A DNA stretch of 64,000 nt from an uncultured Cryomorphaceae bacterium (GTDB lineage Bacteria; Bacteroidota; Bacteroidia; Flavobacteriales_D; Cryomorphaceae): contig CAZWQX010000001.1 of the NCBI GenBank assembly GCA_964635965.1, positions 18,014 through 82,013 on the forward strand. Reading direction: 5' to 3'. Positions 46,614 to 56,364 of this stretch are shown here, piece after piece (position 1 is the stretch's first letter; every line of letters starts with the position of its first letter). Position numbers and translations under genes: made by a program. The notes under the pieces are model-generated. The model had not been told where the DNA came from. It saw only the letters and a list, made by a program, of their open reading frames with translations, and did not search any database.

Positions 46614-47860
46614 TTGAAGGCAACAAACAAATAGATCATCTTTTCCGCCATCAGAGCGGGAAGATGGTCTCTGTTTTTACCCGAATATTCGGTCTTCACA
46701 ATTTGCAAACCATTGAAGATGCGGTCCAAGACACCTTTATACAAGCAGCTAAGGTTTGGCCAAAAAGTCCTCCCGACAATCCCGAAGGTTGGCTTACGAC
46801 AGCAGCTAAGAACAGAATCTTAGACCTTTTTCGAAAAACAAACTCAGAACGAGATCGGCACCTGAAAATTGACTTCGGGGCAACCGCTATTCCAATCCAA
46901 GAATTATTTTTGGAAGGAGAAATCGAAGACAGTCAACTTCGAATGATCTTTACTGCATGCAACCCCTTACTGGACAGCAGGGATCAAATTTCATTCGCAT
47001 TAAAAACAGTTTCGGGGTTCAGCACGAAAGAAATTGCCAGTGCTCTTTTGACCAAGGAGGAAACGATCAAGAAAAGACTAAGCAGAGCTCGAAGAGCCAT
47101 TTCTGATAATCAAATCAAATTCGAAATTCCCACAGGTAACGATCTTAATGAAAGAAGAGGTAGAGCCCTTTCGGTCATTTACCTCATCTTTAATGAAGGG
47201 TTCCACTCGACAAATAAAAACCAACTGATTCGTAAAGATCTCTGCGCTGAGGCAGCACGACTAGTCAAGCTGATATCTAATCACCCCTTAGCAGGTCACC
47301 CAAGTGCGCACGCGGTGCATGCATTGTTTTGCTTTCATTCTGCACGGCTTGACACAAAAATTGATGAAAATGGAGATGTAGTTAGCCTTAAGGATCAAGA
47401 TAGAAGCTGTTGGAATAAGGAGCTGATTTTTCTGGGTAATGCCTCAATGCATGAAGCAATGAAAACCGATAAGTTTTCGGTCTTTCACTATGAAGCAGCC
47501 ATAGCTTCAGAGCACGTGATTGCCGCTTCGTTTGAAGCTACCAATTGGAAAAATATCCTGCATTGTTATGAACGTTTGAATGCACTAAAACCTTCTTCAA
47601 TGAATAGTTTGAGTATAGCCACTGTATACCTTCAAATGAAAGAATTCGATCGCGCAAGAAGAATTCTCGATAGCCTCAATCCAAAGGAACTTGAGCAAAG
47701 GGAATACTTATTCTACGGACTTAAATCAGAATATCTTTTTCTTAAAGGTGAACGCACAGCTGCCGTCGAGGAGTTAGACAAAGCAATTGGACTTACGCGA
47801 AACGAACACGAAAAGAAATATCTCTTGACCAAAAAAGCAACGTTCATCGCATCTAAATAA
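46610..47860 (+). CDS. ECF sigma factor with C-terminal TPR-like extension (ECF42-like)
   Basis: EDAVQDTF, WLTTAAKNR, LRMIFTACNP, IYLIFNEG, LHDQ-like LKDQDRSCW; coupled to a YciI-family gene. Confidence 0.85.
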   Translation: MIEGNKQIDHLFRHQSGKMVSVFTRIFGLHNLQTIEDAVQDTFIQAAKVWPKSPPDNPEGWLTTAAKNRILDLFRKTNSERDRHLKIDFGATAIPIQELFLEGEIEDSQLRMIFTACNPLLDSRDQISFALKTVSGFSTKEIASALLTKEETIKKRLSRARRAISDNQIKFEIPTGNDLNERRGRALSVIYLIFNEGFHSTNKNQLIRKDLCAEAARLVKLISNHPLAGHPSAHAVHALFCFHSARLDTKIDENGDVVSLKDQDRSCWNKELIFLGNASMHEAMKTDKFSVFHYEAAIASEHVIAASFEATNWKNILHCYERLNALKPSSMNSLSIATVYLQMKEFDRARRILDSLNPKELEQREYLFYGLKSEYLFLKGERTAAVEELDKAIGLTRNEHEKKYLLTKKATFIASK

Positions 47861-47938
47861 TTCCAATAACGAAAAGGGTATCGTCAAATTCTATTTAACG
47901 ATAGCAAGAGTAAGTGTCTGATCAACGCAAAGTCTATT

Positions 47939-47946
47939 TACCTTTG
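47939..47946 (+). promoter_or_regulatory. -7 promoter element, near-leaderless cysH transcript
   Basis: TACCTTTG, 4 nt before the ATG. Confidence 0.55.
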
Positions 47947-47950
47947 GCCT

Positions 47951-48604
47951 ATGAAGGTTCAGGAAATCCATTCTGAGTTGAAAAACATGCTTGAAGAAGG
48001 TAAGAAACTCTTTCTCACCTCCTCATTTCAAACACACTCTATTCCACTTCTTCACATCATAAGTAAATTAGATCATGCCATTCCGATCTATTGCTTAAAT
48101 ACAGGGTTTTTGTTTCCCGAAACACTGGCCTTTAGGGATAAACTTGCTGATGAATTCAATTTAGACATCCGCACCATTTCGTCAACCGTTCCGAAGCATC
48201 AGCAACGCGACGCAAATGGAAATCTCTTCTTCACTTCCAATCCTGATTACTGTTGTCATATCAATAAAGTAGAGCCTACAGAAGGGCTGCTTCGCGAATA
48301 TGATGTTTGGGTTAACGGTGTACGTGCGGACCAAAATCTCAATAGACGGAACATGAAAACATATCAGAACGCGAAGTTCGGGAAGATGCGTTTCCATCCG
48401 ATTCTAGACTGGACTTCGAAGGATATCTACGCCTACATCAGAGAAAACGACCTGCCAAAGCACCCACTTGATGCAGAAGGTTACCAGAGCATTGGTTGTA
48501 TTCCATGTACACGAAAGATGGACTTAAGCGACCCTAGAGCAGCTCGCTGGTACGGATTGAGTAAAACAGAGTGTGGACTACACACGGAACTCGCTGAAAA
48601 ATAA
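47951..48604 (+). CDS. cysH: Adenylylsulfate/PAPS reductase, [4Fe-4S]-type motifs
   Basis: TSSFQ, NTGFLFPET, CCHINKVEP, GVRADQ, SIGCIPCT, ECGLH. Confidence 0.9.
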   Translation: MKVQEIHSELKNMLEEGKKLFLTSSFQTHSIPLLHIISKLDHAIPIYCLNTGFLFPETLAFRDKLADEFNLDIRTISSTVPKHQQRDANGNLFFTSNPDYCCHINKVEPTEGLLREYDVWVNGVRADQNLNRRNMKTYQNAKFGKMRFHPILDWTSKDIYAYIRENDLPKHPLDAEGYQSIGCIPCTRKMDLSDPRAARWYGLSKTECGLHTELAEK

Positions 48605-48608
48605 GGCT

Positions 48609-49520
48609 ATGAAAGTATTAATAACTGGAGGTGCGGGTTACTTGGGTACCGAAATCACGCTTCGCTTAATGCGAAATGCCAAAATTGATTCAATCAGAAT
48701 TTACGATAACCTAAGCAGAAAGAATTACAACATCTTCTTGGGTCCTGAAAAATTTAATGGGAAGGTGAGTTTTGTTGAAGCGGATATATTGGATTCATAT
48801 ACATTGGGAAAGGAGCTGGACCAAGCTGATACTGTCATACACCTTGCGGCAAAAGTTAGCACTCCTTTTGCCGATATAAGTCCTCATCTCTTCGACCAAG
48901 TGAATCATTGGGGTACGGCGGAGCTCAGCTATGCTCTGGAAAGATCGTCTTGTCAAAACGTGATTTATATGAGTAGTGCCAGTGTTTACGGCTCAGGTGA
49001 AGAAGCGGCAACTCCCGAATCCACTCCTAATCCGAGAACTTTCTATGGAATCTCAAAGCTCAAAGGCGAAGAACATATTTCAAGAATTGCTGGAAAAAAG
49101 GGAGTTTCAATCGTTCGTTGCGCCAATGTGTATGGCTACTCGAAGAGCATGAGGTTTGACTCAGTTATTAACCGTTTCGTTTTTCAAGCAAAGAATTTTG
49201 GGCGGGTGAACATCAATGGTTCAGGTGAACAAAAGAGAGCGTTCATAAACATAGAAAGGATTACAGATTTTATGGAGAAACTCATTTTTTCCAAGAATCG
49301 TAAGAAGATATACAATCCTGTAGATAGGAATCTTACTGTCAATGATGTAGCATATACATTAAAAGAAATTCTGCCCGAAATGGAAATGCTCTACGTGGAT
49401 CAACAATTAAAACTGAGAGAAATTAATGTAAGCGAGGATGCCAACGTCAGGGCTTTAATTGGACCACCCCAAACCGAGTTCAAAGAAGAACTTGAAATCT
49501 TTTTAAGCAAAATGGCTTAA
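48609..49520 (+). CDS. NAD-dependent epimerase/dehydratase (extended SDR)
   Basis: TGGAGYLG, HLAA, SSASVYG, YGISK; start set at ATG 48609. Confidence 0.88.
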   Translation: MKVLITGGAGYLGTEITLRLMRNAKIDSIRIYDNLSRKNYNIFLGPEKFNGKVSFVEADILDSYTLGKELDQADTVIHLAAKVSTPFADISPHLFDQVNHWGTAELSYALERSSCQNVIYMSSASVYGSGEEAATPESTPNPRTFYGISKLKGEEHISRIAGKKGVSIVRCANVYGYSKSMRFDSVINRFVFQAKNFGRVNINGSGEQKRAFINIERITDFMEKLIFSKNRKKIYNPVDRNLTVNDVAYTLKEILPEMEMLYVDQQLKLREINVSEDANVRALIGPPQTEFKEELEIFLSKMA

Positions 49521-50548
49521 GACCAAAATACGGCCAGCTTACCGATCGTTTTCCTTCCTTCTAAATCTGCATGCGCCTCAGAAATCCGCTCTACGGGATA
49601 CGCCTCGTGAATTACAGGTTTGAGGACCCCTTCTTTTGTAAGTTTCACTGCCTCTTGCATCGCAGCGGTGACAATTTGAGGTTTATAGTCTCCAACCTTT
49701 AAAATATTGATTCCAATTATTGACTTAGACCTCATCATGAGTGCCAAGGGAGTATAAAATCCTGTTTGCCACAATAGTTTCAATCCGGCCAACATTCCCT
49801 TAGAGCCACCTGCTCTGGTAGCTGCCCCAAAAATCACGAGTTTCCCACCAGCACCCAGTAATTTCAAGTCCTTCTTAATACTACTTCCCGCGAGAGAATT
49901 AAAAGTGGCATCTAGTCGACCTCCATTGAGAATTCGCATAACCTCCCTCTCATAATTCTTTTCTCGGTAGTTAATGGCATGTTGAACTCCCATGTTTTTG
50001 AGAAACGCCAGTTTATCAGGTTGGCTGGCTGTCCCAAAAACAATGCACCCCTTAGCGAGAGCCAGCTGACATAACATCAGGCCTACTCCACCTGCTGCCG
50101 CATGCACTAGCACTTTGTCTCCCTTGTAGAGATTCATACTTTCTTCCAAACAGATATAAGCAGTGCTACCTTGGGTTCCAAGGGCAAGGGCATTAGCAGC
50201 ATCCATCTCATCGGGAATTTCTGTGAGCGCGCGGTAATCTGTAGTTGCGTATTCTGCATATCCGCCGAAACGGGTGAGTGCTATCACCCTTTTTCCAATC
50301 AAATTTTGATCAGCATTGATTCCCGCTTTTTCAATTCTCCCAACCACTTCATACCCCAAAATACAGGGAGTTGGTGGCGTCTCAGGATACATTCCACTTC
50401 GCGCCAATACATCCGCGAAATTGAGTCCAAATGCTTCAACCTTTATTAAAACCTGAGATTCTTTGCATGGTGGAATATCCGTCTCGCGAATTTCAAAAGC
50501 ATTATCAGGACTACCGAATGATTTTAGAAAAACAGCTCTCATCTTCAT
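49517..50548 (-). CDS. Zinc-independent MDR quinone oxidoreductase (VAT-1/QOR-like)
   Basis: GLNFAD...G.Y, GYEVVG, HAAAGGVG, GRKTIGK. Confidence 0.87.
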   Translation of the reverse strand: MKMRAVFLKSFGSPDNAFEIRETDIPPCKESQVLIKVEAFGLNFADVLARSGMYPETPPTPCILGYEVVGRIEKAGINADQNLIGKRVIALTRFGGYAEYATTDYRALTEIPDEMDAANALALGTQGSTAYICLEESMNLYKGDKVLVHAAAGGVGLMLCQLALAKGCIVFGTASQPDKLAFLKNMGVQHAINYREKNYEREVMRILNGGRLDATFNSLAGSSIKKDLKLLGAGGKLVIFGAATRAGGSKGMLAGLKLLWQTGFYTPLALMMRSKSIIGINILKVGDYKPQIVTAAMQEAVKLTKEGVLKPVIHEAYPVERISEAHADLEGRKTIGKLAVFWS

Positions 50549-51216
50549 TTCTTTCCTTGGACAATTAAAACGATTTCTCCTTTTGGTGGATGCTCCCTAA
50601 ATCTTTCAACCAATTCTGCTAAAGTCCCTCTAACAGTTTCTTCATGAATTTTTGAGATTTCCCTAACCAGGGCTGCCTGACGTTCTTCTCCAAAAAACTC
50701 CTTGAATTGCTCCAATGATTTTAGGATTCGATGAGGTGATTCATAAAATATCATCGTTCGATCTTCGTCTTGGAGCGCCGTCAACCTTTTATTTCTGCCC
50801 TTCTTTGGTGGCAAAAAGCCTTCAAAACAAAACCTGTCACTCGGTAGCGCTGAGTTCACGAGGGCAGGGATAATGGCCGTAGCTCCCGGCAGAGTTTCTA
50901 CTTCAATGTCATTTTCGGCGCAAGCCCTCACCAATAAGAATCCAGGATCAGAAATGCCAGGAGTTCCCGCATCGGTTACCAAAGCCAAATCCTCCCCGTT
51001 TTTCAATTTATCGATCATTCGATCCAGGACCCTGTGCTCATTATGGGCATGAAAAGGAACCATAGTGTTCTCGATTTCAAAATGCTTTAGCAGCTTTCCC
51101 GACGTTCTGGTGTCTTCTGCAAGAATAGAATCCACGGACTTGAGCACTTCAATTGCTCTGAAAGTCATATCGCCCAGATTGCCAACAGGAGTAGGAACAA
51201 TAAAAAGTTTGCCCAA
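50545..51216 (-). CDS. rsmI: 16S rRNA (cytidine1402-2'-O)-methyltransferase
   Basis: VPTPVGNLGDMT, AEDTR, DAGTPGISDPG, YESPHR, REISKIHEE. Confidence 0.96.
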   Translation of the reverse strand: MGKLFIVPTPVGNLGDMTFRAIEVLKSVDSILAEDTRTSGKLLKHFEIENTMVPFHAHNEHRVLDRMIDKLKNGEDLALVTDAGTPGISDPGFLLVRACAENDIEVETLPGATAIIPALVNSALPSDRFCFEGFLPPKKGRNKRLTALQDEDRTMIFYESPHRILKSLEQFKEFFGEERQAALVREISKIHEETVRGTLAELVERFREHPPKGEIVLIVQGKK

Positions 51217-51217
51217 T

Positions 51218-52444
51218 TCAGAGGGTTTTGGTGAATTCCACGATCAATGTAAAAACTTCCTCATAGTTAGCCCAATCAATGCCTTCACTCACGTCATACA
51301 CATCGTGGTAAGCAGTAATATTCCCTTCTGTATAGATGAAGATTGCCGGCACTCCAGATTCAGCAAACCAATAATGATCACTGTTGGGAGTATTACCTCG
51401 CAGTTTTATTTTGGGAACAAGGTTTTGCTCTTGGTTGATCATGGACATCCGATTCATCTGAGTTCGATGTTGCTTTCCATTAACAACGGTAATTCCCTTT
51501 TCTGCAGAGCCCATCAAGTCGAGATTGATCAAAAACTTAACTCTTGAAAGATCAAAAGCGGGATTGGTAACCATGTATTTAGATCCTTTGAGGCCAGCTT
51601 CCTCTGCAGCGAAAAAAACGAAATACGTATCGAACTCAGGTGTTGTCTTTGAATAGTATTTTGCCAAATCGAGAGTCATTGATGTCCCTGTTGCATTGTC
51701 GCTTGCTCCCGGAAACATAGCATTTCCCATCATTCCCAGGTGATCGTAATGGGCGGTGAAAACTATGGTGCTATCAGATCGGTGTCCCTTTATTTTTCCA
51801 ATAACATTTTCCATTTCAATATTCTTCTCTTCTGAAAAAGTATTAATCCAAATGGTACTTCCATCAACTTCATCGGTAACCAAACTACGATCGACCTCAA
51901 TTATCGGAAACGGATATTCCCTTTGACCAACAGACCATGTAAGCTTCTCCCGAAGAAGAATTATTGGCCCCACTTCCACCCTCGATATCAAGAATTCTCG
52001 GAAAAGGGTAATCTCTTCAGGAGACTTGAAACGATCTGCGTCAACGATAGGTATTTCCCCTTCTTGAAGTGCTATGGGCCGCCCGCTGAGAATTGTATCT
52101 GCTGCCACAAATCTTGCCGTGCCTTTTCCCTGAAAACCCGAAGATCGGGGATCGAGGATATAGTCTTTACCTTCTTTGAGCCTTCCTGGTCCCAGTTTTA
52201 AGGACGAGTTTCTGGGAAAAGTGTTGACCAGGATTTCAAATGATTGTCTTTCAACAGTTTCAACTTCGATTTCCTTCAACCTCTCCTCCAGATAATTGGC
52301 AGCATTTTGGATTCCCTCCTTCACATATCCTCTTCCCGCAAACTCCTCAGAAGTGAGCTTTTCAAGATCTTTTTTCACCTGCGACAAGTCTTGCCCAAAA
52401 AGAGAACCCGTGAATAAGGATAATACGAGGAAAATGTTTTTCAT
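51218..52444 (-). CDS. M28 family peptidase
   Basis: TAHYDH, GASDNATG, AAEEAGLKGS, NLDLMG, SDHYWF, YHDVYD. Confidence 0.88.
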   Translation of the reverse strand: MKNIFLVLSLFTGSLFGQDLSQVKKDLEKLTSEEFAGRGYVKEGIQNAANYLEERLKEIEVETVERQSFEILVNTFPRNSSLKLGPGRLKEGKDYILDPRSSGFQGKGTARFVAADTILSGRPIALQEGEIPIVDADRFKSPEEITLFREFLISRVEVGPIILLREKLTWSVGQREYPFPIIEVDRSLVTDEVDGSTIWINTFSEEKNIEMENVIGKIKGHRSDSTIVFTAHYDHLGMMGNAMFPGASDNATGTSMTLDLAKYYSKTTPEFDTYFVFFAAEEAGLKGSKYMVTNPAFDLSRVKFLINLDLMGSAEKGITVVNGKQHRTQMNRMSMINQEQNLVPKIKLRGNTPNSDHYWFAESGVPAIFIYTEGNITAYHDVYDVSEGIDWANYEEVFTLIVEFTKTL

Positions 52445-53091
52445 ATGTAGCGACGCTCAACCAATTGACGCAATTCTTGGACCAACTGATCCTTTAGAGA
52501 CCAGCCGTAATACTCTTTCAAGGAGTTTACAAAGTATTCGTCTGCCTCGATGAATGAGGTAAATGAATTGAGTTTGGTTAAAGCATCGTCAAAGGCGGTT
52601 TGGTCATCTTCGAAAAGCGAATTGATCATTCTAAAACGCTGATTGATGCCTATTGCATTGGCCAAATCATCAACGGGTTTTTTTTGTAATGATTCCTTAA
52701 TGGTTTGCTTTTCCCCTTGCTCTTTAAACTGGTCATTCAAACTCGTCTCCATTCTTTTGATTTCCTCAATAGAATCGATCAATGAAATTTGATTCGGAGC
52801 GATAGTAGCCGTTCCAACAGGAATCTCGGGTCTTTCTTCTGTCGAGTCAGGCTCCGCTACTCCACTTGCGTTATCAACCTCTTCAGATTTTTCAATCGCA
52901 CGCTGATCTGCAAGCATCTGCTCATAAATTTTATGCCTTATCACAGTAAGTCGTTCATAGAGATCACGACTTAAATCAGCCATGCCTTCAACTTCGTCGG
53001 TAGAAAGTTCCCCTGATTCCAATCCGTTTGCGTATTTGCCCAGTTCATTGACCAAACTACTGATTGATAGAAAATCATCTGAGGTGTTCAT
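52441..53091 (-). CDS. Hypothetical protein
   Basis: Clean 216-aa ORF heading the minus-strand operon; helical N- and C-terminal blocks; no recognised function. Confidence 0.65.
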   Translation of the reverse strand: MNTSDDFLSISSLVNELGKYANGLESGELSTDEVEGMADLSRDLYERLTVIRHKIYEQMLADQRAIEKSEEVDNASGVAEPDSTEERPEIPVGTATIAPNQISLIDSIEEIKRMETSLNDQFKEQGEKQTIKESLQKKPVDDLANAIGINQRFRMINSLFEDDQTAFDDALTKLNSFTSFIEADEYFVNSLKEYYGWSLKDQLVQELRQLVERRYI

Positions 53092-53143
53092 ATTACTGAG
53101 ATTCGCTGAGCTCTTGGATAAGGGCTGAGCTAGCTATTAATGT

Positions 53144-53151
53144 TAAATTTG
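53144..53151 (+). promoter_or_regulatory. -7 promoter element for tdk
   Basis: TAAATTTG. Confidence 0.5.
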
Positions 53152-53203
53152 TCAACACACAAAACTACAGCTTAATCACCGAAAGGCGAACTCGCAGGTT
53201 CAG

Positions 53204-53809
53204 ATGTTTTTAGAAGATACCAGGAAATCAAAACGAAGAGGAGAAGGTTGGATAGAGGTAATCTGTGGCTCCATGTTCTCAGGTAAAACGGAAGAACTTA
53301 TCCGAAGACTGAACCGAGCAAAATTTGCCAATCAAAGTATCGAAATATTCAAGCCCAAAATCGACACGCGCTACGATGAAGAAGAAGTAGTTAGTCATAA
53401 TCGAAATGCTATTCGAAGCACTCCTGTAGATTCTGCAGAGCATATTCTACTCCTTGCCTCTGATGTTGACGTAGTTGGTATTGATGAAGCGCAGTTCTTT
53501 GATGACAACCTACATAACGTGTGTAATCAACTTGCGAATCAAGGAATACGCGTTATAGTAGCGGGTCTTGATATGGATTTTCAAGGAAATCCTTTTGGCC
53601 CAATGCCAGCCGTTTTGGCTGTTGCCGAATACGTAACAAAGGTCCATGCAATCTGCGTGAAAACAGGAAAATTGGCCAATTTTTCGCACCGAATAAGTGG
53701 AGGCTCAAACACCATTGAGTTAGGTGAATCTGATCGTTACGAACCACTGAGTCGTGAAGCTTTTTTAGCAGCACGCGAAAAACACGAGGAAGCTAAAAAT
53801 GAATCCTGA
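53204..53809 (+). CDS. tdk: Thymidine kinase
   Basis: [38 protein letters not shown]. Confidence 0.96.
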   Translation: MFLEDTRKSKRRGEGWIEVICGSMFSGKTEELIRRLNRAKFANQSIEIFKPKIDTRYDEEEVVSHNRNAIRSTPVDSAEHILLLASDVDVVGIDEAQFFDDNLHNVCNQLANQGIRVIVAGLDMDFQGNPFGPMPAVLAVAEYVTKVHAICVKTGKLANFSHRISGGSNTIELGESDRYEPLSREAFLAAREKHEEAKNES

Positions 53810-56273
53810 AGAATACTCCCTGGATTCTATTGCTAAAGCTATTGACGCCGAAAAGTATATTACGGACAATAAAGTTGTCCGGAACATTTTGAATGACAGC
53901 CGGAACTATAGTGGAGGTGAAGATTATTTGTTCTTCGCCCTGAGTGGTAGGCATCAAGATGGACACGAATTCATCAGAGAACTCTATTCAAAAGGTCTTA
54001 GAAATTTTGTGGTAACCAATCAAAAGGGATTTGAAGATCTGGACGAAATGAATCTTCTGGTGGTTCCTGATGTGTTATCAGCACTGCAAAAATTGGCTTC
54101 TTATCACCGTGCGAACTTTGAGTTTCCCGTTATCGGGATCACCGGTAGTAACGGAAAAACGATAGTCAAAGAATGGCTCTTTCAATTACTTGGAGACAAA
54201 TACCAAATTGCCAGGAGCCCGCGAAGTTTTAATTCCCAACTCGGCGTTCCTCTATCCCTTTGGCAGATAAAACCTTACCATAATTTGGCAATTATCGAAT
54301 GTGGCATTTCTCAGCCTGGGGAGATGGATAGGATAGAGAAAATGGTAAAACCCGATTGGGGTATTTTCACCAATATAGGACCACCTCATCAAAAGAATTT
54401 CGAAAGCTTCAGAGAAAAGGCCTTAGAAAAGATTCAGTTGTTCAGGCACTCAAAGTTGCTTTTTTCCTGTGGAGACCACAAGATAGTACAAGCTGTAATT
54501 AAGGAAAACTTCAATGGCACAAATCTTACCTGGGGTGATAAGGATAAAAACACGCTACAAATCACCAAAACAGTATCAAAAGAAAATCAACTTTTGATCA
54601 CCGGCCTTTATAAAGATGAAACACATTCAATAAACTTACCTTTTAGCGACGAAGCATCTCTGGAGAATGCTTGTCATTGTTGGCTGGTCATGTTGCATCT
54701 CGGATTTTCAGATGAGGAGATCAAGAACAGTATGGCTCGTCTGGCTCCGGTCGCCATGCGTTTAGAAAAGCGCGCAGGAATCAATGATTGCATCCTAATA
54801 AATGATGCTTACAACTCAGATTTTGCCAGCCTGGAGATTGCCTTAGATTTTCTCAATCAACAGTCTAAAGGAATGAAGAGAATTGCCATTTTGAGTGACA
54901 TACTTCAATCCGGCGAAAAACATGAAATTCTTTATGCAAAGGTTGCCAGGCTTTTGGTTCGTAAAGGAATTGAAAAGGTTTATGCCATCGGTCCTGAAAT
55001 AGGGGAATTAAAGGATTCATTCAAAGATCTCGATGCGGATTTTATTCCCGATACAGAGAGCTTTTTACGGTCTATTAAATCTGATAAATTCAAAGAGAGC
55101 GGAGTTTTGGTGAAAGGTGCTCGAAAATTTCAATTCGAACGCATTGTTAATCGCCTAGAGGCGAAGTCGCATGAAACAACACTGACGATCGATCTTAATC
55201 GAATGATCGATAATCTGAACTATATCAGAACTCGCATCAATCCCAAAACCAAAATCATGGCAATGGTCAAGGCCTTTGCTTATGGCAGCGGAAGTGCTGA
55301 AATAGCTGCCGCCTTGAATCATGCTGGGGTTGATTATTTGGCCGTAGCCTATGCGGATGAGGGAATTCAATTGAGAGAATCAAATATTTCGACACCTATC
55401 ATGGTGATGAATTCTGAAAACTCGGCATTTGATGCCATGATTAGGTATCGACTTGAGCCACAGATATTCAGCTTCGAATCCCTCCGAAAATTAATAAGCG
55501 AGCTAAAAAGAAGTTCACTCACCCAGCCTCTTCCCATTCATGTTAAGATCAATACGGGCATGAATCGCTTGGGATTTAATCTCGATGAAATCGACAAAGT
55601 GGTTGTAGTACTCAAAGAAAACAACACTCTAGTAGAGGTTAAATCGGTTTTCTCACATTTGGCTGCCAGCGACGAATCAGATTTTGATGGCCTCACGACC
55701 AAACAAATAGAACGATTCCTGAAAGCATGTATTAGGTTGGAGTCAGGAGGTATCAAAGGTTTCTTCAGACACATCCTAAATTCAAACGGGATACTGAGAC
55801 ATCCGGAGGCCCAGTTCGAAATGGTACGTCTTGGATTAGCACTTTATGGGCTCTCTTCGCATGAATCATTTAGGGAAGCTCTAAGTCCTATTGGCTCCTT
55901 AAAATCCGTGATTTCACAAATAAGAACCGTCTCAGCGGGAGAAGGGATCGGATATTCGCCGAAAGAGACGCTACAGGAAAATAAGCGAATAGGGGTTATT
56001 GCCATTGGTTATGCAGATGGGCTGAGAAGGGTGATGGGGAACGGAGCAGGATATGTTTTTCTGAACGGAAAGAAAGCTCCATTTATCGGAAACATTTGCA
56101 TGGACATGTCAATGATTGATCTCGAAGGAATTCCGTGTCGAGTGGGCGATGAAGTAGAAATATTTGGAGATAATATCTCCATCTACGATTTTGCCAAAAC
56201 GGCTGAAACGATCCCTTATGAAATCTTGACCGCCGTTTCAGGCAGGGTAAAAAGGGTCTACTTCCGTGAATAG
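53799..56273 (+). CDS. alr: Bifunctional MurF / alanine racemase
   Basis: [15 protein letters not shown], then MVKAFAYG (PLP Lys), [26 protein letters not shown]. Confidence 0.95.
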   Translation: MNPEEYSLDSIAKAIDAEKYITDNKVVRNILNDSRNYSGGEDYLFFALSGRHQDGHEFIRELYSKGLRNFVVTNQKGFEDLDEMNLLVVPDVLSALQKLASYHRANFEFPVIGITGSNGKTIVKEWLFQLLGDKYQIARSPRSFNSQLGVPLSLWQIKPYHNLAIIECGISQPGEMDRIEKMVKPDWGIFTNIGPPHQKNFESFREKALEKIQLFRHSKLLFSCGDHKIVQAVIKENFNGTNLTWGDKDKNTLQITKTVSKENQLLITGLYKDETHSINLPFSDEASLENACHCWLVMLHLGFSDEEIKNSMARLAPVAMRLEKRAGINDCILINDAYNSDFASLEIALDFLNQQSKGMKRIAILSDILQSGEKHEILYAKVARLLVRKGIEKVYAIGPEIGELKDSFKDLDADFIPDTESFLRSIKSDKFKESGVLVKGARKFQFERIVNRLEAKSHETTLTIDLNRMIDNLNYIRTRINPKTKIMAMVKAFAYGSGSAEIAAALNHAGVDYLAVAYADEGIQLRESNISTPIMVMNSENSAFDAMIRYRLEPQIFSFESLRKLISELKRSSLTQPLPIHVKINTGMNRLGFNLDEIDKVVVVLKENNTLVEVKSVFSHLAASDESDFDGLTTKQIERFLKACIRLESGGIKGFFRHILNSNGILRHPEAQFEMVRLGLALYGLSSHESFREALSPIGSLKSVISQIRTVSAGEGIGYSPKETLQENKRIGVIAIGYADGLRRVMGNGAGYVFLNGKKAPFIGNICMDMSMIDLEGIPCRVGDEVEIFGDNISIYDFAKTAETIPYEILTAVSGRVKRVYFRE

Positions 56274-56364
56274 GTATCCAAGAATTTGAACAAGAATAGG
56301 CCTATTGTAGTTGATAGTGGCGAATTCTCTTACCATTTTAGCAATCTTAAAAATTCCACCAATA

